Below are positions 22,792 to 33,088 of a stretch of DNA of 64,000 nucleotides, one piece after another. Each line of letters starts with the position of its first letter. Within the stretch, counting starts at the first letter, position 1. The position numbers and the translations under genes are program-made. Below the pieces are notes generated by a model. The model was given only the letters and a program-made list of their open reading frames with translations. It did no database searches and was not told the origin of the DNA. Origin of the DNA: Mayamaea pseudoterrestris (lineage: Eukaryota); the NCBI GenBank assembly GCA_027923505.1, contig BROI01000001.1:2852001-2916000 (forward strand), read 5' to 3'.

Positions 22792-25057
22792 GGTACTGCA
22801 GGATGCAATGAGTGGAAATGTCACAAGCTTTGTTCGGTCGCAGCAGCGTCTCGTCGTCGATTGCGATGCACGGCGAAGGTGGGGCCGCCAATGATCACTA
22901 ATGAACGCTAATGGCCTCATTCTCTCATGGTGCACTTAAGGCTGCTGTTTAGCTAGCGGACGCTACATGGAGGCTCAAAACGGCCATGATCTAAGGCAAT
23001 ACCTTGTATGATTGTATATATTACTGATGCGGCACAACATCAAAGCTTAAACATACTACTGCAAGTAGGCTTAAACTCAAATACAAGCCCATTGCACATG
23101 TTGGAAATAACAGCGCAATTGGCTCGCAGACATGTGTCTGGTTCACACTATTGTAGAAGACGGCTATGAGGTGAGCGAATGGGCATGGCGACATGGCAAT
23201 TCATGTATAGAACGCCATACATCCGTCGAGTCCATTAAACAGGGTGGCTCCATCCAAGATCCGCAGAAGCGAAAGTAGTGTCGGCTTCCTGTGAGCAAAG
23301 GCCAGACGTATGGATGACATTCGCAAAGCTGTCACTGAGAGAGCCTGGTCAAACGCAATGAAACCATTCAGTTGGAAATCGTCGTCGCGGATGTTGAAAC
23401 CACGCAAAGACGAGACCTCATGCGGCTCGTTGGGCAAGTCCAGCGCGTCGAGCTTGCGGCGTGATCTAAATATCCAAAACGTGTTTCGTGGATCTAAGGG
23501 ACGTCTGGAGAAATCAAATCGTGGAGTTACGGGTCGAAACTATGGCCACACGACGCGGAGCATATTGGAGAGAAGGCGACTGTGATATTTGAATGAGCGG
23601 AGTTACGAAGACGTTTCGTCGGGGCCCAACCCACTCCCTCGTGCGACCTACATTGAGTTGATTGACCGTACACTCTATTGTATGTTAATACTTTGGCGAA
23701 TCTTTGCGACATTCTTGTATAGAGCAGTGGGGCTTTGGCGATGGCCGAGGCGAACGCCGGTGGTAATTCGCGAGCAGTCTTTGCAAGTGTTAGTGTCGTA
23801 ACAGAAATCCAAGTGCTCATGTCTTCAAACTTGGTCGGCCCAACCGGGCCGTTCAGGAAAAGTAGCAAGGTTCATGGTAAGAGATAGATATTGAGTAGTG
23901 TGACTGTTGCGCCAAAGGTGCCGCTTCCAAGCAATATGCGTTTGTGAGTCTCCGTGATGACACATACGACTTTGCTCTGGTCCATAGTCGTTCCGCACCG
24001 TCGCACCAGCATTGGCATGCATTTCCTATGCAACACATAGTCAAAGCCCCATTGGGTAGAGAAGAGAGCGAATCGTCATACTAATAGTGGTGGTTGGTGG
24101 CGTAAGCGCAAGAAACAGAGGTTCAAATTTGAATGGATCCACTCGTCGGCTCATTCGTGTCGAACGAGATGGCTGATGAATTGGCATGCACATCTAGCGC
24201 GGCGACCAAAATATATTTTTCTTCGCGTCTGGACTTGATTCTCGAGCACCAAGCACAAGCATCTCATCGAGCACTAACGCATTTCATTTTCTGTGCTCTA
24301 TGCCCTGTGCATGTTTGCAACGTCCACGCAGCGTGAAAGCACAGTATTTCTCTTGTTTGTTCAAAGTAAGGTCATATTTAGTGCCAAAAAGTCGATAGCT
24401 GCATGTCTGTGCCATTCTAAATCCTCAAAGCGTTAGTTTCTCGAGCACCGAGATGCCGACGAGCTCGACGCTACGACGTTTCACGTAAGGAATTAGCAGA
24501 TCTTCGCAAGCATGCTACTGGAAATATGAATGCCTCTTGCGTCAATTTCAGGCGTGTTATCACCATGCGCCAAGAATGACAACCGGTGATAGCAGGCGCA
24601 GAATGCTCATGGTCGCAATTGGATGTGATTCTGCACAAGGATCCGATGAACGAGGGCGAACGGAATGACGTCACGGTCACAAAGCAAAAAATGTCGGGGT
24701 TAACTAAAACGGCGTCACAGGCGCGGTGAATTGTATCGCTGTCGTTGCAGTGAAAAATGACATCAGACGAGCCAACCTCTCTCAAAACGGCTGGAATCGC
24801 ACCTTCACCATGGCCTTTTGCGAACGCACAAGGGCGCATCCACCGAGAACAAAGAGAAACTTGGTCAAAAATCGTCGCCAATTAAAATTGCTCCTGTGCA
24901 TTGGCTGGTGTAACTCATTGATTACAACTGCGCTGGACTGACCTCGAGCCTCGAGAAGGGTTGACATCAAATTATTGGAAGCTCGCGTTTCTATATCATA
25001 TATCACACTTGTCGCTTGTCCAGTACTGTACAGTAGCAGCTTGACTTAGCACATGCC

Positions 25058-26708
25058 ATGGCGCCGAGAAGTAAAAACGTTCGACGAAGAAGACCCTTAC
25101 CGCTGATCATGATGATCGGACTATGCTGCTTGCTACAATCTGCGGCAGATCGAGAAGGTACGACTGTGGTCTGTGGTGACTGCCTGCAGCATTGTGCAAA
25201 AACCATCGGAAACTCACCAACTTCGCCATCATTTCGCAGCGGAATTATTAACAGAGAATACTCAGCTGTCGTCCGTAATCTTTAATCTTGAAGAACGCAT
25301 TACGAGACTTGAGCAGAGCCACGCGAAGGAGCTGCAAGATATTAAGGTCCAATATCATCAGGACCAAGAGCGTCTGCATTACAAGCTGCAGCATAAAATT
25401 CAACCGGAAACGCTACAATCACCAATCAATGAGAGTATACTACAAAGACTAGCGTCCTTGGAGACTCAGCAAGTCGAAGCACGCGTTGCGATCAACGGTC
25501 TGCTTGAGGAAGGAACAAAGCGGCCAAGCAAAACGCTCCAACAGGTGGAGTCGAAACAAGCCTTAAATGACTTGGAGGCTCGAATACGAAAGGATATTTT
25601 TGACGACATGGGTAGCATGCAACTCTGGTTACAGCAAGAATATGTACGAGCGACGGATCAAGTCAAGCAAGAACATCGACGTGCACTGGAGGAAGTCGAA
25701 GCGCGTCTGCTCGAGACTCATGCCAAAGATTTGCAGGAGTTGAAGAATGAATTGATTGACACAGTTAACCAGCATGCGGATGCAGTGGCTGCATTGGATG
25801 GAAAAGTAGACATGTGCTACAGTCAACATGTGGAACGGTTGAATGTTACCAAAGATTCAACAAGTGTTCGATCAGAGACGGCTGATCGGTCATCATCCCT
25901 GCGAGGCGTGTCGAGTCCTTTGTCTTATTTCACCCCATCACCTACACCAGAGCAACTTACGGCAAACTCAGATGCCGTTTTGTTGCTCAACGAAACAGTC
26001 TCGAAGCTGAAAGATCAATTCCAAGCGCTAGCTAGTTCCCTCAAATGCCTCGATCAAAAGCAATCGAATGGTGCCGACCTTTACTTTGTTGGCTGCAATG
26101 TTCATATCCGAAATGGTGTCGACGATACTCTTACCAAGAACGCTCGAGGAAACCTCATCATAGGATATAATGAGCAGACATCATCTTGCGGAGTCGGTGG
26201 CGGCATCTTTTGCAAGAGAAGCGGCTCGCATAATCTTGTTCTTGGGGTCGCAAACGAGTATACGCACGTCGGAGGCATCATTTCCGGCCATCACAACGAG
26301 ATTAGCGGCGAGTTTGCCTCCGTGTTTGGAGGTACACTGAATGCAGCAAAAGGATATCATGCGAATGTTGGTGGCGGTATGCAAAACACGGCGAGGGGAG
26401 ATTATTCGTACACCAGCGGTGGAATGGGAAACACAGTGACTGGAAACTTTGCCCAGATCCTCGGTGGGAGCAAGATGGGCGTTGCCAAGGGCGACTTCTC
26501 AAGCGTCGTTGGCGGAGAATCAAACAACGCCGTAGCTTGGTTTGGTACTATTATCGGAGGACAAGAGAACGAGGCAAAGGGCCAATACTCGCTCATCGCT
26601 GGTGGAACCAGAGACAAGACTTTGAATTATAAAGGCGCCACTATATTTGGCGGTAGTGACAAGAGTGCCGAAGGAGAGTATGTAACTGTCGTTGGTGTCG
26701 AGAAGTGA
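25058..26708 (+). CDS. Secreted or anchored fibre-like protein: hydrophobic N-terminus, long coiled coil, C-terminal Gly-rich 15-residue beta-helix repeats; exons 25058-25157 and 25240-26708
   Basis: An 82-nt intron (25158-25239, GAAG|GTACGA...TTTCGCAG, branch-like CTCAC) joins 'PLPLIMMIGLCCLLQSAA' to the 511-aa ORF in frame. Heptad-rich middle region; about eight GGxxNxAxGxxSxV repeats. Confidence 0.8.
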
Positions 26709-27131
26709 CTGATACAGGGGACGTCTTGATAAACTTTGTGTTCGCCTACACATTTGATCACCTGATCAAATTATTACTCGTCGTCGAGTCAAGCTTCGGT
26801 TTTTAAAAAACTCTACGAGTAGTATGGCAGTTTCAATTTACTCCTGGTCTCTCTATCGATACATACATAACTCCGTCATGGGCTGCGACGATATATATTG
26901 TTGATGACAAGCTACTAGCTTCCATTTTTAAGGAACCAAAATAGTACTCTCTGACTCACAGTGACTCATTATTCTGTTCTTTTCAGCGTCATTTGTGGAT
27001 TCGCACCATGTTCACAGTTTACGTGCGAGCTTTCACGGAAGTCTGTCGTTGTCGAATTTTGCTCCTTGCCCCTGCCATCCTATAACTTTATAGAACATTT
27101 CGCACTGCTACCCTTTTGGCAGAAAATCGAC

Positions 27132-28217
27132 ATGCACGACCTTTTAAACAGTTGTCGTGAGAGCACTAGAGATCGTTATCGCTTCGTGTTGCCAATTCTG
27201 TTCGCGTTGGTCATTGGAGCAGTATGTGGTTTTGCCACACAGTTCGTTGCGATCGGATCGCAAAGTAATGATGAGCACACGAGAATACAGCATGGGCCGA
27301 CGAAACGAGCAATTTTGTTAAGTTCCCAAGATAGTGGATCGGGCTGGCTTAAGTCTGTGCTGGATGGTGTGGACGGCGTCTCGTTTCAAGGTGAACGCAT
27401 GATCGGATACTCGTATCAATCCAATGAAAAGTGGCTCAAAACAAGTTGGACAAAGTACCAGAGGCAATTAGAAGAAGCGTTTGGATCACGAGAGACGAAA
27501 GGCTTGCAGCTAGTGGGCTTTAAGCTCATGTACGATCAACTTCCTCAGCCTCTTCTCGGGGATTTTGCAGAGTGGCTAAATGATAACGAGATATATGTCA
27601 TACACCTTCGCCGGCGAGCTGTGATCCTCCAAATTTCGTCGCACGTTCAAAAGATACAGGCCATGTTATCGGGGTCCATGAAAGAGGATCATGTACGGAA
27701 GAAGAAGATGGTTGTGCAGTACCCTAAAGTTCAGTTTGATGCGGAAAAGAGCGTTGCAAAGGTAAATCGACTCGAAAAGAACCAACAAGCCTTTGCTCAG
27801 TATCTTCACGTCCATGCTCCAAAGGCGCCGCAGTTTGAACTTTGGTATGAGCTGTTGGATGGACCGCACAAGAACAAGTGGTTCAACGCATTGTTTGCAT
27901 TTCTCGAACTCGACACCAAAATGACTGACATTGAATCAGATTTGATCAAGGTTGGCAAGCGAAGGTGCGAAGATCGAGTTGATGGTTTGCAAGGACCAAA
28001 CTACGACAACCTCGTAGGACTCGACTCGCAAGTGGCTTGCGCCATGCTGTACATGCAATCGGACGAGCATGCGACCCAGCTGGGGTCTTGGCAGCAAAAC
28101 CAATCACTTTTCTATCCCCCGGCGCAAGACAAGTGCCGGCTGACTCCAGCCTTGGACATGAAATGTATTGATCCAACGTATAACGCAAGTTCGTTGTCTG
28201 ATGAGGGGAAACGGTAG
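27132..28217 (+). CDS. Type II membrane sulfotransferase-like protein (Stf0/P-loop sulfotransferase fold)
   Basis: TM helix 'FVLPILFALVIGAVCGF', PSB-like 'LLSSQDSGSGWL', 'GFKLMYDQ', 'VIHLRRR...QISS' and 'LWYELL'. Confidence 0.7.
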   Translation: MHDLLNSCRESTRDRYRFVLPILFALVIGAVCGFATQFVAIGSQSNDEHTRIQHGPTKRAILLSSQDSGSGWLKSVLDGVDGVSFQGERMIGYSYQSNEKWLKTSWTKYQRQLEEAFGSRETKGLQLVGFKLMYDQLPQPLLGDFAEWLNDNEIYVIHLRRRAVILQISSHVQKIQAMLSGSMKEDHVRKKKMVVQYPKVQFDAEKSVAKVNRLEKNQQAFAQYLHVHAPKAPQFELWYELLDGPHKNKWFNALFAFLELDTKMTDIESDLIKVGKRRCEDRVDGLQGPNYDNLVGLDSQVACAMLYMQSDEHATQLGSWQQNQSLFYPPAQDKCRLTPALDMKCIDPTYNASSLSDEGKR

Positions 28218-28548
28218 GATTGCTTGGAACAATGACTCCCACCGTAGGCGTTAGCGAAAGTACCTTTTACTGTGGATCATTGTGCGTCACGAGAAACGTT
28301 ACCGCACATCGACGTCTATATACCAGCTCTACCTATAATTTTGCTTCTTGCATGCTTTGCTGCGTTGATGAGCAGCCTATCTACCTACAAGTGCCGGTAG
28401 GTAGTTTTGAATACGAGACGGTATCTTTGCTGTCACACCAGGACTCATATCCTCGACGTATCGGTGAAGGTGCGAAAGATCGCCGCCGACGCAGGATCCA
28501 TTTATCGTTTCATTATCGGCGTAACCTCAAGTCGCTTGCTCTTTTCAC

Positions 28549-31163
28549 ATGCCCATTGTATCTAGAATCGCTGGATTGTTGTTGTCAAGCCGTATAATTC
28601 CGTTTGCTCGATCATTTACTCCGCTCGCTTCCGTCGCCTGCCCATCCATCAGCTATAGCAGCAACGATCAATCGCATTCATTGGCTCGCACCTTGTCAAC
28701 AGCGGCAACCATGACGACTACGCGAGATGAAGAAGATCCGTACATTTGGCTGGAGGAAATCGACTCGAAGGACTCTCTAGACTTTGCCAAGGCTGCCAAC
28801 GACGCTTGCTTGTCAGCCCTTGGAAACCCAGAATCTTCAGTCAGCTACGCAAAGATTCTAGCGACGCTGGAATCGAACGATCGAATTCCGCACGCTACGC
28901 AGCATGGCCACGACAAGGATGGCAATGCCATTGTGTTTAACTTTTGGAAGGACAACAAGAATCCAAAAGGCTTATGGCGTAAAACAACCATGGAGAGTTA
29001 CAAGACGAGCTCACCAACCTGGACGACCGTTTTGGATATTGACGAGCTTTCCGCCAAGGATGGAGTTAGCTGGGTCTACAAGGGAAGTCGATTGTTACCA
29101 CGGGCGCGAGACGACGAAAATGTGGAGGGCGGTGGACGTATTGTGACTCGCGCGCTGCTAATGCTCAGCGATGGTGGAGCGGATGCGACGCATGTCAAAG
29201 AGTTTGACTTGACAACGCAATCCTTTGTCGAATCGGACGACGCCTTTCAGCTACCTGAGGCAAAGTCACGCGTGAGCTACAAATCCAGAAATGTGGTCTT
29301 GGTTGGTACGGACTTTGGTCCAGAGTCTTTGACCGATAGTGGGTATCCGCGGACTGTTCGCGAGTGGACGCGTGGAACGAAACTTGAGGATGCGCCAGTT
29401 ATTTTCGAAGGTGACAAGAAGGATGTGTCCGTTTCAGTTTACATTTCGGATGAACGCTCACATGGAGGAGGCATTTACGAAGTTAAAGTCCGGACGATGA
29501 CGTTCTATACGTCAAAACACTGGGTTCGCAAGATTAGTGCGGAGGAGCTTTTAGCGTCGACGGATCCACGCCGGCTGGAAAGCCATGTCAAGGAAAAGGA
29601 GTTTGTGGAAGTCGATCTTCAAGAGGACGCTCAGATTGATTTTCTGGGGCGTTTGCTCGTTATTTCGCTGCGATCTGACTGGGAACCGATTTCTGGATCA
29701 GTGTACAAGAGTGGTTCGCTAATCACTTGCAACGTGGATGACTTCTTAACGAAGGGAAAGGCCGGCGTAGACTATACCGTCTTGTTTAAACCTACGGCAA
29801 CTACGGCTTACGAATACTTTACGGCCACGAAGAACTATTTCATTCTATCCACCATGGATACAGTCAAAAACAAGCTCGATTTTTTTAGAATTGGAGACGA
29901 CGGAATGACGCTTACGAAAGTTGGCGGCGACGCAACGCCACAGATCCGTGACTGCAGTGCAAGTCCTGTGGACGTTCATAATGGGTCGGACGAATTTTGG
30001 TTTTCTACGAGTGACTTTACCACGCCAAGCACATTGTTTGTAGCGAACGCGAAGCGCGTTGAAGTTGCAAACGAAGGCGATGCGTTTATCGTCGAAAAGT
30101 GCAAAAGTCTTCCTGCCCAGTACAATGCAGACAATCTCGTCGTTCGTCAAGAGTTTGCAACGAGTGACGACGGAACAAAAATTCCATACTTTATAATCAT
30201 GAGCAAGGACACAAAACTGGACGGCAAGAACCCGACCTTGCTCTATGGATATGGAGGTTTCGAAGTATCGCTTGGGCCACATTACATTGCGACGGCAGGC
30301 TTGGGATGGTTGGAGCGCGGAGGTGTCTACGTCGAAGCCAATATTCGCGGGGGAGGAGAGTTTGGACCGTCGTGGCACCAGGCTGCACTCAAGGGGAACC
30401 GCCACAAGTGCTACGAAGATTTTGCAAGCGTCGCAGAGCATCTCATTTCAACTGAAGTGTGTTCAAATAAATCCTTGTGCATTAGAGGTGGTTCAAACGG
30501 CGGATTGTTGGTTGCAAACATGTATGCAATGCGTCCCGATCTATTCGCTGCCATCCATTGCGCTGTTCCTCTCATGTAAGTGCAACGGCTGACTCCCTGC
30601 TTGTCTACGATTTGTATCTAACTACCTTCTGACATTTGTGCGCAAAGTGATATGAAGCGCTACCACAAGCTCTTGGCTGGAGCGTCCTGGATGGCCGAGT
30701 ATGGCGATCCGGACACAGATGACTGGGATTTTCTTCAGAAGTATTCACCATATCACAGTACGTTCGCGGCGACGTTGTTGTCAGAGTTTCTTGCAGCGCT
30801 CCACTCACCGCCGATATTGTTTGCGCTTGCAGACCTGCATTTGTCGAAAGAGTATCCTCCGATTCTGGTGACCACAAGTACACGCGACGATCGCGTCCAT
30901 CCAGCGCATGCTCGCAAATTTGTAAAGGCAAGTAGACTATGAGCACTGCAGGCCATAAAAAACGCATGGCGTCATGTTAGGTCTAACGCCTATTATTGCT
31001 TTCACAGAAACTTTGGGACTTGGGCGTCGAGCATGTTTACTACTACGAAAACATTGAGGGCGGCCATGGAGGTGCTGCCGATGCCAAGCAGACAGCCTTT
31101 ATGACTGCGTTGGCTTACGACTTTATGTTCAAAGTCCTGACGGAGAACTTGAGTAGAATGTAA
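28549..31163 (+). CDS. Prolyl oligopeptidase (S9A) with organellar presequence; exons 28549-30575, 30648-30757, 30833-30927, 31008-31163
   Basis: DPYIWLEE, LLYGYGGF, NIRGGGEFG, catalytic GGSNGG (Ser), DDRVHP (Asp) and EGGHG (His). Three introns restore the frame, the third probably GC-AG. Confidence 0.92.
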
Positions 31164-31314
31164 AGACTTGGTAAGATACAGAATGACGAGTGACAAGTTG
31201 AATATGCTTCTCCCACCACTTTGCATTGTAAATAAAGTAAGTCCGTCCTTGCCACTATTACTATGCTCTCTCAACAAATCTAAAGTCACAGATTGGCTGA
31301 ATATGTCTTATGTA

Positions 31315-32028
31315 CTACGAAGCTTCTTTTTGATTGCGTTGAATTATATCCGCAATGCCTTTGAGCCCAGCCAATATGGTAACTCCAAGATATGACCGAA
31401 AAATCAATTCAGCACTTTGCGCTCCAACAGACTTTGGCTTGACTATCCACTTGTTGCCGTCGTTCCATCGAATGCCATTCACATCCAAATACTTGAGATT
31501 ACTCTTGCTGTTGTCGACACTTCCCGCAGGTTCCCAGATGCCTTCATGTATACCGTCACCAGCCGAAATCTTGTTTGCATCAATCGTCCCAGTGAAAGTT
31601 CCAGTGCGGAGCTTATATAGCTTGATTTCCTCCTTGGAGCATCCACGAAGAATGCCAGACTCTTCCTTGGGACCAACGGCGGTTCCATCGTAACGAAAGG
31701 TGCCAGTCCTGGTGTCAATTACTTGAATGTGCCGACGACAGAATGGGTGGAGTGGATCGTCGTAGTCGTTTGTAAAGACTTGAGGGTAGTCGACGGCGTA
31801 GCAGGGCACATTTGCGCAGATCGTTACCGCCAAAATCAAAGCTGGTATGAGTGTCCTAGTTGGTAGATTATATTGTAGAGTTTCGCGAGTATTGTCTTTC
31901 GTACTAGTCGTCAAAGTCTGTGGCAGAAGATGTGGGTTCATCGTAACAGTCCTCACGTCGGACCAGGATGTCCAAGCGTCAGTTAATCCCGCCAACGCCC
32001 AAAGAAGATTCATTGGATGAATCCTCAT
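31315..32028 (-). CDS. Uncharacterised algal protein, probably targeted to the plastid or thylakoid lumen
   Basis: Signal peptide ending DA|W, a Thr-rich transit region, a second hydrophobic stretch ending in CYA, then 'YDDPLHPFCRRHI...IRWNDGNKW' and a C-terminal hydrophobic helix. Confidence 0.65.
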   Translation of the reverse strand: MRIHPMNLLWALAGLTDAWTSWSDVRTVTMNPHLLPQTLTTSTKDNTRETLQYNLPTRTLIPALILAVTICANVPCYAVDYPQVFTNDYDDPLHPFCRRHIQVIDTRTGTFRYDGTAVGPKEESGILRGCSKEEIKLYKLRTGTFTGTIDANKISAGDGIHEGIWEPAGSVDNSKSNLKYLDVNGIRWNDGNKWIVKPKSVGAQSAELIFRSYLGVTILAGLKGIADIIQRNQKEAS

Positions 32029-32175
32029 CACCTCGGGTTTTTCGTTTATATAAATGGATTACTAATGGATGAATGAGAGCGATACAGCAACAGACTTGAG
32101 AGAGTATACTATGACCAAAAAGCCAAAAGAAAACGGACGAGATTCTCTTAAGTACCGGTACGACTTTAGACATCA

Positions 32176-32624
32176 ATGGAAACGACGGAACCTCATCACA
32201 TCGTCTTGATGACTGACGGCCGACCGCTTCATGCAGTCGTCGCCTTGTGGCAGGGGCCTTGTAAAATGCGTATCTTTTGCAAAGTTTTGCAAAGATGGAG
32301 CCAAACGCCCATTCAGCACCGTTTTTGAGACCCCGAGAGCTGTCCAAACACGATTAGCGTTCGCAATTCCGGTAATGTGGAGCTTCCCTTGTCAGTTCAA
32401 GTCCTTGCTGAAGACGTGGATAACCTTGCTTCGCTGCCGTCTTTTTAAAACTGCGATTTGAAAGTTTTACAGTCCGATGGACGCAAGATGTGGATGTTTA
32501 TACGGAAGATGGAACCACTCGTTTATTCTTCATGATGGTAGAAACCCCAGAAAATGGAAATGCCGTTCATATTATCAACTCTGGCAGCATCGAATGCCCA
32601 TTCATCGCGAGTGTACAACCGTAC
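32176..32624 (+). pseudogene. Frameshifted, internally deleted remnant of a two-repeat diatom protein family (TDGRPL...WQGP / EDG..RPF...ETP motifs)
   Basis: Fragments in different frames read IVLMTDGRPLHAVVALWQGPCKMRIFC / KDGAKRPFSTVFETP / PNTISVRNSGNVELPLSVQV, then MDVYTEDGTTRLFFMMVETPENGNAVHIINSGSIECPFIASVQPY. A 10-bp tandem duplication (TTTTGCAAAG, 32275-32294) causes the first frameshift. Confidence 0.75.
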
Positions 32625-33088
32625 ACCTTGGAATACTTTCGTCATCGATCGAACATGTTATCGGCGTCGACTGGTGAGATGTGCTTGTCAAATAGCTTGG
32701 CTACATGTGCCCACTTTTTGATGTCCACTACACTTTCCAATAAGCCTTGACAAAAATTTCCTGCAAGTCGTTGACATGCTGTTGTCGCCGAAGAACTGAG
32801 TCTTCAATGTTGCGACGCAATAGCGGGCGAGGACAAATTGCAATGGATACGATAGTCGGAACGATTGTTTAGATCAGGTCAGGGTGCAATGACTGATATT
32901 GCCCTTGCTGATGGCACGACACATGAGGAAAAAACGTTGCTCAAAGCATTTGGCGGGCTAAGTTGAGATTACACCCATTGTCAACACTGTTATTTATTGG
33001 GTCGTAAATCAATGGAAGGACTTCTACTTGATTAGAACATAATGAGGAGAAGTCAAAGGATACAAATTAACGCAAGTAGAAGCTGTAG

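Noticed and set aside
24526..24885. Plus-strand frame interrupted by three TGA codons (selenoprotein or readthrough idea)
   Set aside because: No redox motif, recognisable domain or evident SECIS; TGA is a normal stop in neighbouring genes.
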